Origin: Ylistrum balloti
Lineage: Eukaryota
Direction of reading: 5' to 3'
Assembly (NCBI RefSeq): GCF_031769215.1
Contig: NW_026782055.1
Location: forward strand, 992,001-1,056,000
DNA length: 64,000 nucleotides
Positions 27,401-38,399 of this stretch are shown one piece after another. A model generated the notes under the pieces. The model was given only the letters and a program-made list of their open reading frames with translations, was not told the DNA's origin and did not search any database. A program made the position numbers and the translations under genes. Position 1 is the first letter of the stretch. Every line of letters starts with the position of its first letter.

Positions 27401-30400
27401 AAGTGTCTGTCGTATAACTACAATTAAACGTGGCACATTGGTACCAACCACTACCAGACTCCGCTATCTACTGCCAGGTCTTTGACCAATAGGAGGAAGG
27501 CAGAGGTCGTACAGATATCATGTCAATGTGTATAGCTTTTTTTTACAGACCAGTCTGACAAACATTCGCATCAATCTGGTAATACTTGCTGGTTTACTAA
27601 GAAATTAGATAATCATGACAATTTTCTGATGCAGAAATCCGCAGTCTTGCCTTTATGAGTCACAGTCTGACATATGGCGTACTAGTAACGTACTCGTATA
27701 TCTTCGTCTGATGTAGTACTGGTTCAATACTCGCAATATCTTCGTCTGATGTAGTACTGGTTCAATACTCGCAATATCTTCGTCTGATGTAGTACTGGTT
27801 CAGTACTCGTATATCTTCGTCTGATGTAGTACTGGTTCAGTACTCGTATATCTTCGTCTGATGTAGTACTGGTTCAATACTCGCAATATCTTCGTCTGAT
27901 GTAGTACTGGTTCAATACTTACTCGATATCTGATGTAGTATATCTTCGTCTGTATGTAGTACTGGTGATCAGTATCTCGTATATCTTCGTCTGATTGTTG
28001 TATATATCTGGTGATAGTGATATCTCTGGTGATATGTGATATCTCTGATGATATGTTGTGGATATATCTCGTGATATCTGATATATCTGGTCTGATGTTA
28101 GATATACTGGTGATATACTCGTGATATCTCGATATGTTGTGATATACTGGTTCATACTTGTATATCTCTGGTCTATGTGATATATGATACTGGTTGTGAT
28201 ATATCTCGTATATCTTCGTCTGATGTAGTACTGGTTCAATACTCGCATATATCTTCGTCTGATGATAGTACTGTTGGATATTCAATACTTGTGATATATC
28301 TTCGATATGATGTAGTACTGGATATCAATATCTCGCAATATCTTCGTCTGATGTAGTACTGGTTCAATACTCGCAATATCTTCGTCTGATGTAGTACTGG
28401 TTCAATACTCGCAATATCTTCGTCTGATTTAGTCCTGTTAATCTTCCTTTAAGGCAGTACTCGTTCAGTACTCGTTTATGTATTTTTTCCATTTAACTTA
28501 ACACTGGTTGAGTAACCATAATGGTTTCGTCTCATGAAGTCCTAGTTCAATACCCGCAGATGTGCAAACTTCATTTGATAAATATCTGGTACCTATGGTG
28601 ATATATGATAAATATCTGGTACCTATGGTGATATATCTGGTACCTATGGTGATATATCTTGTATCTATGGTGATATATCAGGTATCCATGGTGAAGTACC
28701 CGGTATCTATCGTGATCTACTTGGTATCTATGGTTATATATATAGTATCTATCGCGATTTATCTTGTATCTATGGTGATATATCAGGTATCCATGGTGAA
28801 GTACCCGGTATCTATCGTGATCTACTTGGTATCTATGGTTATACATCTAGTATCTATCGCGATATATCTTGTATCTATGGTGATATATCTGGTGATATAT
28901 CTGGTGATAGTACCTGGTATCTATCGTGATCTACTTGGTATCTATGGTTATATATGTAGTATCTATCGCGATTTATCTTGTATCTATCTGTTATACAGGT
29001 TAATGAGGTTAGTGTTCAAATATCAACTCTCCATTGTGATATTTCTGGTGATATGTTGTGATATCTCTTGTGATATGTTGTGATATCTCTGGTATCTCTG
29101 GTGATATGTTGTGATATATCTGATGATATATTGTGATATCTCTGGTGATATGTTGTGATATATACTGGTGATATGTTGTGATATATCTGGTTATATGTTG
29201 TGATATATCTGATGATATATTGTAATATCTCTGGTGATATGTTGTGATATATCTGGTGATATGTTGTGATATCTCTGGTATCTCTGGTGATATGTTGTGA
29301 TATCTCTGATGATATATTGTGATATCTCTGGTGATTGTTGTGATATATCTGGTGATATGTTGTGATATATCTGGTATCTCTGGTGATATGTTGTGATATC
29401 TCTGATGATATATTGTGATATCTCTGGTGATTGTTGTGATATATCTGGTGATATGTTGTGATATCTCTGGTGATATGTTGTGATATCTCTGGTGATTGTT
29501 GTGATATATCTGGTGATATGTTGTGATATCTCTGGTGATATGTTGTGATATCTCTGGTGATATATTGTGATATATCTGGTGATATGTTGTGATATCTCTG
29601 GTATCTCTGGTGATATGTTGTGATATCTCTGGTGATATGTTGTGATATCTCTGATGATATATTGTGATATCTCTGGTGATTGTTGTGATATATCTGGTGA
29701 TATGTTGTGATATATCTGGTGATATGTTGTGATATATCTGGTATCTCTGGTGATATGTTGTGATATATCTGGTGATATGTTGTGATATCTCTGATGATAT
29801 ATTGTGATATCTCTGGTGATTGTTGTGATATATCTGATGATATATTGTGATATCTCTGGTGATATATTGTGATATATCTGGTGATATGTTGTGATATCTC
29901 TGATGATATATTGTGATATCTCTGGTGATATGTTGTGATATCTCTGATGATATATTGTGATATCTCTGGTGATTGTTGTGATATATCTGATGATATATTG
30001 TGATATCTCTGGTGATATATTGTGATATATCTGGTGATATGTTGTGATATCTCTGGTATCTCTGGTGATATGTTGTGATATCTCTGGTGATATGTTGTGA
30101 TATCTCTGATGATATATTGTGATATCTCTGGTGATTGTTGTGATATATCTGGTGATTGTTGTGATATATCTGGTGATATGTTGTGATATCTCTGGTATCT
30201 CTGGTGATATGTTGTGAGATTGTTGTGATATCTCTGGTGATATGTTGTGATATATCTGGTGATATGTTGTGGTATATCTGGTATCTGAAGTGCTGTAACT
30301 GTTATCTGTAGTGCTGTAACTGGTATCTAGTGCTGTAACTGGTATCTAGTGCTGTAACTGGTATCTGTAGTGCTGTAACTGGTACCTGTAGTGCTGTAAC

Positions 30401-33400
30401 TGGTATCGGAAGTGCTGTAACTGGTATCTAGTGCTGTAACTGGTATCTGTAGTGCTGTAACTGGTATCTGTAGTGCTGTAACTGGTATCGGAAGTGCTGT
30501 AACTGGTATCTGTAGTGCTGTAACTGGTATCTGTAGTGCTGTAACTGGTATCGGAAGTGCTGTAACTGGTATCTGTAGTGCTGTAACTGGTATCTGTAGT
30601 GCTGTAACTGGTACCTGTAGTGCTGTAACTGGTATCGGAAGTGCTGTAACTGGTATCTAGTGCTGTAACTGGTATCTGTAGTGCTGTAACTGGTATCTGT
30701 AGTGCTGTAACTGGTATCGGAAGTGCTGTAACTGGTATCTGTAGTGCTGTAACTGGTATCTGTAGTGCTGTAACTGGTATCGGAAGTGCTGTAACTGGTA
30801 TCTGTAGTGCTGTAACTGGTATCTGTAGTGCTGTAACTGGTACCTGTAGTGCTGTAACTGGTATCGGAAGTGCTGTAACTGGATCTAGTGCTGTAACTGG
30901 TATCTGTAGTGCTGTAACTGGTATCTGTAGTGCTGTAACTGGTATCGGAAGTGCTGTAACTGGTATGTATGATAATATATTTACAAGTATTATGTATCTT
31001 TAATTATACATATATGGTATTTATTACTGAGACGTATGTGTTCAATACAGATTACCGTGACGTATGTGTTCAATACAGATTACCGTGACGTATGTGCTCA
31101 ATACAGATTACCGTGACGTATGTGTTCAATACAGATAATCGTGACGTATGTGTTCAATACAGATTACCGTGACGTATGTGCTCAATACAGATTACCGTGA
31201 CGTATGTGTTCAATACAGATAACCGTGACGTATGTGTTCAATACAGATTACCGTGACGTATGTGTTCAATACAGATAACCGTGACGTATGTGTTCAATAC
31301 AGATTACCGTGACGTATGTGTTCAATACAGATTACCGTGACGTATGTGTTCAATACAGATTACCGTGACGTATGTGCTCAATACAGATTACCGTGACGTA
31401 TGTGCTCAATACAGATTACCTTGACGTATGTGTTCAATACAGGTAACCTTGACGTATGTGCTCAGTACCGATAACCGTGACGTATGTGCTCAATACAGGT
31501 AACAGTAACGTATGTGCTCAATACAGATAACCGTGACGTATATGTTCAATACAGATTACCGTGACGTATGTGTTCAATACAGGTAACCGTGACGTATTTG
31601 TTCAATACAGGTAACCGTGACGTATGTGTTCAATACAGGTAACCGTGACGTATGTGTTCAATACAGGTAACAGTAACGCATGCGCTCACTACAGGTAACA
31701 GTAACGTATGTGCTCAATACAGATTACCGTGACGTATGTGTTCAATACAGATAACCGAGACGTATGTGTTCAATACAGATTACCGTGACGTGACGTATGT
31801 GTTTAATACAGGCAACCGTGAAGTATGTGTTCAATACAGATAACCGTGACGTATGTGTTCAACACAGGTAACCGTGACGTATGTTTTCAATTCAGATAAC
31901 CGTGACGTATGTTTTCAATACTGATAACCTTGACGTGTGTGCTCAATACAGGTAACCGTGACGTATGTGCTCAACACAGGTAACCGTGACGTATGTGTTC
32001 AATACAGATTACCGTGACGTATGTGTTCAATACAGATTACCGTGACGTATGTGCTCAATACAGATTACCTTGACGTATGTGTTCAATACAGGTAACCTTG
32101 ACGTATGTGCACAGTACCGATAACCGTGACGTATGTGCTCAATACAGGTAACAGTAACGTATGTGCTCAATACAGATAACCGTGACGTATATGTTCAATA
32201 CAGGTAACCGTGACGTATGTGTTCAACACAGGTAACCGTGACGTATGTGTTCAATACAGATTACCGTGACGTATGTGTTCAATACAGGTAACCGTGACGT
32301 ATTTGTTCAATACAGGTAACCGTGACTTATGTGTTCAATACAGGTAACAGTAACGTATGTGCTCAATACAGGTAACCGTGACGTATGTGTTCAATACAGA
32401 TAACCGAGACGTATGTGTTCAATACAGATTACCGTGACGTGACGTATGTGTTTAATACAGGTAACCGTGAAGTATGTGTTCAATACAGATAACCGTGACG
32501 TATGTGTTCAACACAGGTAACCGTGACGTATATACTCAATACAGATAACCGTGACGAATGTTTTCAATACAGATAACCGTGACGTATGTTTTCAATACTG
32601 ATAACCTTGACGTGTGTGCTCAATACAGGTAACCGTGACGTATGTGTTAACACAGGTAACCGTGACGTATGTGTTCAATACAGGTAACCGTGACGTATGT
32701 GCTCAGTACCGATAACCGTGACGTGTGTGCTCAATACAGGTAACCGTGACGTATGTGCTCAGTACCGATAACCGTGACGTATGTGCTCAATACAGGTAAC
32801 CGTGACGTATGTGCTCAATACAGGTAACCGTGACGTATGTGTTCAATACAGGTAACAGTAACGTATGTGTTCAATACAGGTAACAGTAACGTATGTGCTC
32901 AATACAGGTAACAGTAACGTATGTGCTCAATACAGGTAACCGTGACTTATGTGTTCAACACAGGTAACCGTGACGTATGTGTTCAATACAGATAACCGTG
33001 ACGTATGTGTTCAATACAGATAACCGTGACGTATGTGCTCAATACAGGTAACCGTGACGTATGTGCTCAATACAGGTAACCGTTAAGTATGTGTTCAATA
33101 CAGGTAACAGTAACGTATGTGTTCAATACAGGTAACCGTGACGTATGTGTTCAATACAGGTAACAGTTACGTATGTGTTCAATACAGGTAACCGTGACGT
33201 ATGTGTTCAATACAGGTAACAGTAACGTATGTGCTCAATACAGGTAACCGTGACGTATGTGTTCAATACAGGTAACAGTAACGTATGTGCTCAATACAGA
33301 TAACCGTGACGAAAATTTTTGATACAATACTAATAACCGTATGTGTCCAATACAAAACAGGTTACTGATACGTAAATGTTCAGTACTGGTGACGGAGATG

Positions 33401-34081
33401 TAAATGTTCAAACTGGTTACGGAGATGTAACTGTTCAGTACTGGTGACGGAGATGTAAATGTTCAAACTGGTTACGGAGATGTAACTGTTCAATACTGGT
33501 TACGGAGATGTAACTGTTCAGTACTGGTTACGGAGATGTAACTGTTCAATACTGGTTACGGTGATGTAACTGTTCAATACTGGTGACGGAGATGTAACTG
33601 TTCAATACTGGTTACGGTGATGTAACTGTTCAGTACTGGTGACGGTGATGTAACTGTTCAATACTGGTTACGGAGATGTAACTGTTCAATACTGGTCACC
33701 GAGATGTAACTGTTCAATACTGGTTAATGAGATGTAACTGTTCAGTACTGGTTACGGTGATGTAATTGTTCAATACTGGTCACCGAGACATAAATGTTCT
33801 CTGACGGTCACCTGCATATGTACATGAATATAGAGATGTATTTAACAAATAAAACATCACACCTAACATTTCACATACCTGACTTTTCTCAGAAGGTACG
33901 GCGACCCCGATTCCACGGAACAAGGGCTCATTCTTGGAGACGAAGCGGATGTTGTGCCTGATGTGGCGGAATCCTTCCGGTCATATTCCACATGGATATC
34001 TATTGTGGAACCATGTGATTTTCTCTTAGGGGACATGTGGTCAAAAGGGCTAATTGTATCCATATCAGTCAGTTTAGACAT
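9155..34081 (-). CDS. CASP3/7: Executioner caspase (caspase-3/7-like), 5 coding exons, 343 aa: complement(join(9155..9405,11139..11292,12157..12332,14251..14498,33879..34081))
   Basis: All introns are GT-AG with matching phases (2,1,0,1); total 1032 nt = 343 aa + stop. The translation contains caspase hallmarks: RGLFLIINNKNF..R.GT.VD, catalytic SHG, [48 protein letters not shown]..VSMLT. Confidence 0.93.
9950..10790. mobile_element. Composite remnant of non-autonomous bivalve-type interspersed repeats (gaccttgac/aggtcaaggtca motifs, gacgg(a)cgg micro-repeat) with a nested MITE-like segment at ~10385-10560
   Basis: Motif recognition only (ggtgacctttgaccttgac, gacctttgacc, aaggtcaaaggtcacc, ggacgggcggacgg); resembles Helentron-associated HINE-type repeats of bivalves. 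Confidence 0.45.
11139..11292 (-). CDS. CASP3/7: Caspase coding exon 4 (catalytic Cys: ACRG, linker, [15 protein letters not shown])
   Basis: Acceptor ttgttaccag|, donor CCAG|gtaaac; QACRG is completed across the splice junction. Confidence 0.96.
12157..12332 (-). CDS. CASP3/7: Caspase coding exon 3 (catalytic His: DHSDCDCFGCAILSHG...[14 protein letters not shown])
   Basis: Acceptor ttttgaccag|, donor CAG|gttagt; SHG and GKPKLFF motifs. Confidence 0.96.
13372..14150. repeat. Degenerate minisatellite, ~18-21-bp unit (cggcttctttaccaccct), in caspase intron 2
   Basis: Direct inspection; accounts for the low-complexity ORFs at 13241-14338. Confidence 0.93.
14251..14498 (-). CDS. CASP3/7: Caspase coding exon 2 (start of p20: GDRR...EYNFNYHKRGLFLIINNKNFHPSTGQMTREGTNVDAERL...DLGFEV...IMYD)
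   Basis: Not in the ORF track; translated by hand. Acceptor tactcaacag|, donor GATG|gtaagt, typical caspase p20 motifs. Confidence 0.95.
14560..14780 (+). mobile_element. Second, shorter decayed Penelope-like RT remnant
   Basis: Frameshifted remnants FRY.DD and DNF.NFPIVKFPL..SN (cf. RDDFNFPIVNFPFL.SNIP). Confidence 0.45.
16900..17570 (+). mobile_element. Decayed Penelope-like element RT fragment
   Basis: LVDNTFIEFGCKIFLQTISIPGT..A..L (cf. DNIF..FG..IFQQ.IGIPMGTNCAPLLA); later KHDFYFPIFNFPLLDSNIP.YGV...LIRY and KLT..DF...L....KIYGRY. Confidence 0.75.
18127..18507. repeat. Minisatellite, 49-bp unit (tataaaggaatttggcagccaccggtaaccttggacacacactttgttg)
   Basis: About 8 copies. Confidence 0.95.
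19935..20705. repeat. Minisatellite, ~55-bp unit (gggtatatcggctgtgttggattattttaccgtatctgggttggtgacagcacca)
   Basis: About 14 copies. Confidence 0.95.
20978..21372. repeat. Minisatellite, 40-bp unit (cctacctatacctacgtaagatgtaggccctacaaatgta)
   Basis: About 10 copies. Confidence 0.95.
23180..26107. repeat. Minisatellite, 35-bp unit (agagacaatgaccctgctacaaaataccattaact)
   Basis: About 83 copies; an isolated diverged unit lies near 22470-22520. Confidence 0.97.
26636..26899 (-). mobile_element. tRNA-derived SINE with V-domain-like core and poly(A) tail
   Basis: Minus strand: GGTGGCGCAGTAGTAACGCACTCGCCTTTCACC..GGGGTTCGATTCCC (A/B boxes, Glu-TTC-like loop), then GTGGGTTTTCCCTGGGTACTCCGGTTT (V-SINE-like core). 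~22-nt T run at ~26638-26660 on +. Confidence 0.8.
27694..28430. repeat. Minisatellite, 38-bp unit (gatgtagtactggttcaatactcgcaatatcttcgtct), interrupted by a GATAT-rich block at ~27915-28205
   Basis: Direct inspection. Confidence 0.92.
28580..30286. repeat. GATAT-rich minisatellite, ~21-22-bp unit (gatatatctggtgatatgttgt and variants)
   Basis: Direct inspection; a subtype with tacctatggt occupies 28580-28990. Confidence 0.95.
30287..30965. repeat. Minisatellite, 21-bp unit (tagtgctgtaactggtatctg)
   Basis: Direct inspection; directly abuts the previous array. Confidence 0.97.
31032..33312. repeat. Minisatellite, 28-bp unit (ccgtgacgtatgtgttcaatacagataa)
   Basis: About 80 copies. Confidence 0.97.
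33355..33800. repeat. Minisatellite, 28-bp unit (ggagatgtaactgttcaatactggttac)
   Basis: About 16 copies, ending ~80 bp from the caspase exon 1 donor. Confidence 0.95.
33879..34081 (-). CDS. CASP3/7: Caspase coding exon 1 (Ser-rich prodomain, MSKLTDMD...YLLRKV)
   Basis: ATG at 34081 with an in-frame TGA upstream. Ends AAA GTC AG|gtatgt (phase 2) and joins exon 14498, which starts with a single T (AG|T = Ser). No homology support for this segment, so assignment rests on phase and the donor site. Confidence 0.72.
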
Positions 34082-34468
34082 GTCGGAGTTAGGTCGTCAG
34101 ACGTCAGAGGTTGACATATCCCACGTCATACAATCTCTTGAGGGTAAATGAACACTATCCACTGAATCATATCCAAATGTCACTCGCTAAAGATCAGAAA
34201 TCTCGGACATGGTCCCTTCTGGCTCATTGTTAGAATTATTGACCTCGAAAACACGGCGTTGTCATACAGTTACGATAAAATGGCATATGTTTATAGTTGG
34301 ATAAAGTCGTGTGGTTGTCTTTCTATCGATCGCACTGCCGTCTTGAGGAGGATCCGGGAACTATTGATGAAGCGTCGCCCCGGCGTGCTGCCGGCCAGAT
34401 AGATCTGCTGCCGTGTTAGGCCCTAGAATCAATAGCCGATATAATGAGGGGCATTCGTCAACACTTAC

Positions 34469-34620
34469 CCACGGCCCCTGGCCCCGGGGGATGGCCACGC
34501 CGTTCTTTGCCCTACCGCCGACTCCTACCATTTGTTGATGCGAGAAGGCGGTGACTAAGTTCCATTACCACGTCGTTATTGCCTAACGGCTGTACAATTG
34601 GACACACGTAATCTGGTCAT
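34469..34620 (-). other. Candidate upstream (5' UTR/uORF) exon of the caspase gene in a CpG-rich segment
   Basis: Strong donor TGG|gtaagt at 34469/34468; good acceptor tttctgatctttag| at 34187/34186 upstream of the caspase ATG. The 5' boundary is a guess. Confidence 0.45.
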
Positions 34621-35517
34621 TGTCTTTGAATTTAAACAAATGGAATCTCCAGTTAGTCAATTGCCTTGCTTCCAACATATGCAGTTTTGTATCAAACAGG
34701 CGCCAAGCAAGCCGCCTGATGACATAACGATAGGGTTCGTCATCCAGGAAAAATCCACGATGTTAATTTGTCTCTGATTTCTCTCCAAGTATGTTTTTTT
34801 GCTTCCAGTAGGTATTGATCGAGAAAGAATTGTTTTCAGTGTGTTTGAGACTGCAAGTGAAATGTCACACAGGGATGACATTTCGAGGAGGCGGCAATTA
34901 CCCACGGAAACATTCGTACAGTTTACGATAGCTTAAAATGTATACATCGTTCTCCATTTAACCAGATTTCAATGTCGCATCGCCTGCCTCCGAGGCGCCT
35001 ACAAAGATACACCTAAAAGATTTTATAAAATCTCCGAACATAACTCTTGTATAATGATACTGCACCCTCTAAACTATTCTAGATTATTGGTTATTATTAT
35101 CAGCTGTTAACATGTAACCAATGTGGATATTGTCGTCACTTGACCTTCACTACGTGTAGTCACTGTTGTCATGTGACCGTCGCTACAGATAGACACCATT
35201 ATCATGTGACCTTTTCTGTTTGTAGAGACCGTCGCCTTTCGACAATATCCGTTGTTTATAGACACAGCTATCATATTACCTTACCTTTGTAGACACAGCC
35301 ATCATATGACCTTACCTTCGTAGACACCATCGTCATATGAACTTACCTTTGTAGACACCGCCATCATATGACCTTCCTAATTTTTAGACACTTATGTCAT
35401 ATGACCTTTGGTATTTGTGACTGCTGTCGTCATTGGATTGAATTAACTATTTATAGACAATATCGTCACATGACGACACATCATGAGACACCGTCGTCAT
35501 ATGAACTTTGCTATATT

Positions 35518-37930
35518 TAGATACCGCCTTCACTAGATACCGCCTTCACTAGATATCGCCTTCACTAGATACCGCCTTCACTAGATATCGCCTTCACTAG
35601 ATACCGCCTTGATACCGCCTTCACTAGATACTAGATATCGCCTTCACTAGATACCGCCTTCACTAGATACCGCCTTCACTAGATATCGCCTTCACTAGAT
35701 ATCGCCTTCACTAGATATCGCCTTCACTAGATATCGCCTTCACTAGATACCGCCTTCACTAGATACCGCCTTCACTAGATATTGCCTTCACTAGATATCG
35801 CCTTCACTAGATACCGCCTTCACTAGATACCGCCTTCACTAGATATCGCCTTCACTAGATACCGCCTTCACTAGATACCGCCTTCACTAGATATCGCCTT
35901 CACTAGATACCGCCTTCACTAGATATCGCCTTCACTAGATATCGCCTTCACTAGCCTTCACTAGATATCGCCTTCACTAGCCTTCACTAGATATCGCCTT
36001 CACTAGCCTTCACTAGATATCGCCTTCACAAGCCTTCACCAGATACTGCCTTCACTAGACATCGCCTTCACTAGATACCGCCTTCACTAGATATCGCCTT
36101 CACTAGATATCGCCTTCACTAGCCTTCACTAGATATCGCCTTCACTAGACATCGCCTTCACTAGATACCGCCTTCACTAGATATCGCCTTCACTAGATAC
36201 CGCCTTCACTAGATATCGCCTTCACTAGATACCGCCTTCACTAGATACCGCCTTCACTAGATATTGCCTTCACTAGATATCGCCTTCACTAGATACCGCC
36301 TTCACTAGATACCGCCTTCACTAGATATCGCCTTCACTAGATATCGCCTTCACTAGCCTTCACTAGATATCGCCTTCACTAGCCTTCACTAGATACCGCC
36401 TTCACTAGATATCGCCTTCACTAGCCTTCACTAGATACCGCCTTCACTAGATACCGCCTTCACTAGATATCGCCTTCACTAGATACCGCCTTCACTAGAT
36501 ATCGCCTTCACTAGCCTTCACTAGATACCGCCTTCACTAGATATCGCCTTCACTAGATATCGCCTTCACTAGATATCGCCTTCACTAGATATCGCCTTCA
36601 CTAGATACCGCCTTCACTAGATATCCCCTTCACTAGATACCGCCTTCACTAGATATCGCCTTCACTAGATACCGCCTTCACTAGATATCGCCTTCACTAG
36701 ATACCGCCTTCACTAGATACCGCCTTCACTAGATATCCCCTTCACTAGATACCGCCTTCACTAGATATCGCCTTCACTAGATATCCCCTTCACTAGATAT
36801 CGCCTTCACTAGCCTTCACTAGATATCGCCTTCACTATATACCGCCTTCACTAGATATCGCCTTCACTAGATAGCTCCTTCACTAGATACCGCCTTCACT
36901 AGATAGCTCCTTCACTAGATACCGCCTTCACTAGATACCGCCTTCACTAGATATCGCCTTCACTAGATACCGCCTTCACTAGATACCGCCTTCACTAGAT
37001 AGCTCCTTCACTAGATACCGCCTTGATACCGCCTTCACTAGATACCGCCTTCACTAGATATCGCCTTCACTAGATACCGCCTCAGATATCGCCTTCACTC
37101 GCCTTCACTAGATACCGCCTTCACTAGATACCGCCTTCACTAGATACCGCCTTCACTAGATATCGCCTTCACTAGATACCGCCTTCACTAGATACCGCCT
37201 TCACTAGATAGCTCCTTCACTAGATACCGCCTTCACTAGATACCGCATTCACTAGATACCGCCTTCACTAGATACCGCCTTCACTAGATACCGCCTTCAC
37301 TAGATATCGCCTTCACTAGCCTTCACTAGATATCGCCTTCACTAGATATCGCCTTCACTAGATACCGCCTTCACTAGATACCGCCTTCACTAGATATCCC
37401 CTTCACTAGATACCGCCTTCACTAGATATCGCCTTCACTAGATATCGCCTTCACTAGATACCGCCTTCACTAGATACCGCCTTTACTAGATATCGCCTTC
37501 ACTAGCCTTCACTAGATATCCCCTTCACTAGATATCGCCTTCACTAGATACCGCCTTCACTAGATACCGCATTCACTAGATACCGCCTTCACTAGATATC
37601 CCCTTCACTAGATATCCCCTTCACTAGACACCGCCTTCACTAGATATCCCCTTCACTAGATACCGCATTCACTAGATATCCCCTTCACTAGATACCGCCT
37701 TCACTAGACACCGCCTTCACTAGATATCCCCTTCACTAGATACCGCATTCACTAGATATCCCCTTCACTAGATATCCCCTTCACTAGACACCGCCTTCAC
37801 TACCGACTAGATCCTTCCTAGATATCGCCTTCACTAGATACCGCCTTCACTAGATATCGCCTTCACTAGATACCGCCTTCACTAGATACCGCCTTCACTA
37901 AATATCCCCTTCACTAGATACCGCCTTCAT
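35518..37930. repeat. Minisatellite, 16-bp unit (gataccgccttcacta), flanked by older ~31-33-bp diverged repeats (35160-35515 and 37930-38050)
   Basis: About 150 copies. Confidence 0.97.
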
Positions 37931-38399
37931 CTTACCTTTACAATTTGCAGATACCGTCGTCGCTTGACCTAATTCACTGTTCGTTGTCATCGCCGTCATA
38001 TGACCTTCAATGTTTGTAGACAGTGCCGTCATATGACCTTCACTACATGTGTCGTTTGAAGCATATAATATTTCAAGCCGACCAACAGAATATCTTCCAG
38101 TGTACTCACCATAGATAAATTTGGCAGTTAAAAAGCATCCATACAACAATATAGCGACTGGGCTTTTTAGAAATGTACCCGTATAAAACAATATATTATC
38201 TAAACTCGTATGGATTATGGTCATATTTGTACCTGTATTAATTTTTATGAGTGATTGTGTTTTTTTTGTTTCTGTTTTTTTTTTTTTTTTTTTCGCCTTT
38301 TTAAAATCACACCATGTTTATTCCATAAAATAAAAGCATCATCAACACAGCTTATGAAATACTGTTAAAGCTTTATCATAAACAATCGCGATAGACGCG

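Noticed and set aside
37898-38224. 108-aa minus-strand ORF with EGHMT repeats
   Set aside because: The repeated part belongs to the old ~31-33-bp tandem family, whose copies at 35160-35515 are not frame-preserving; no recognisable domain.
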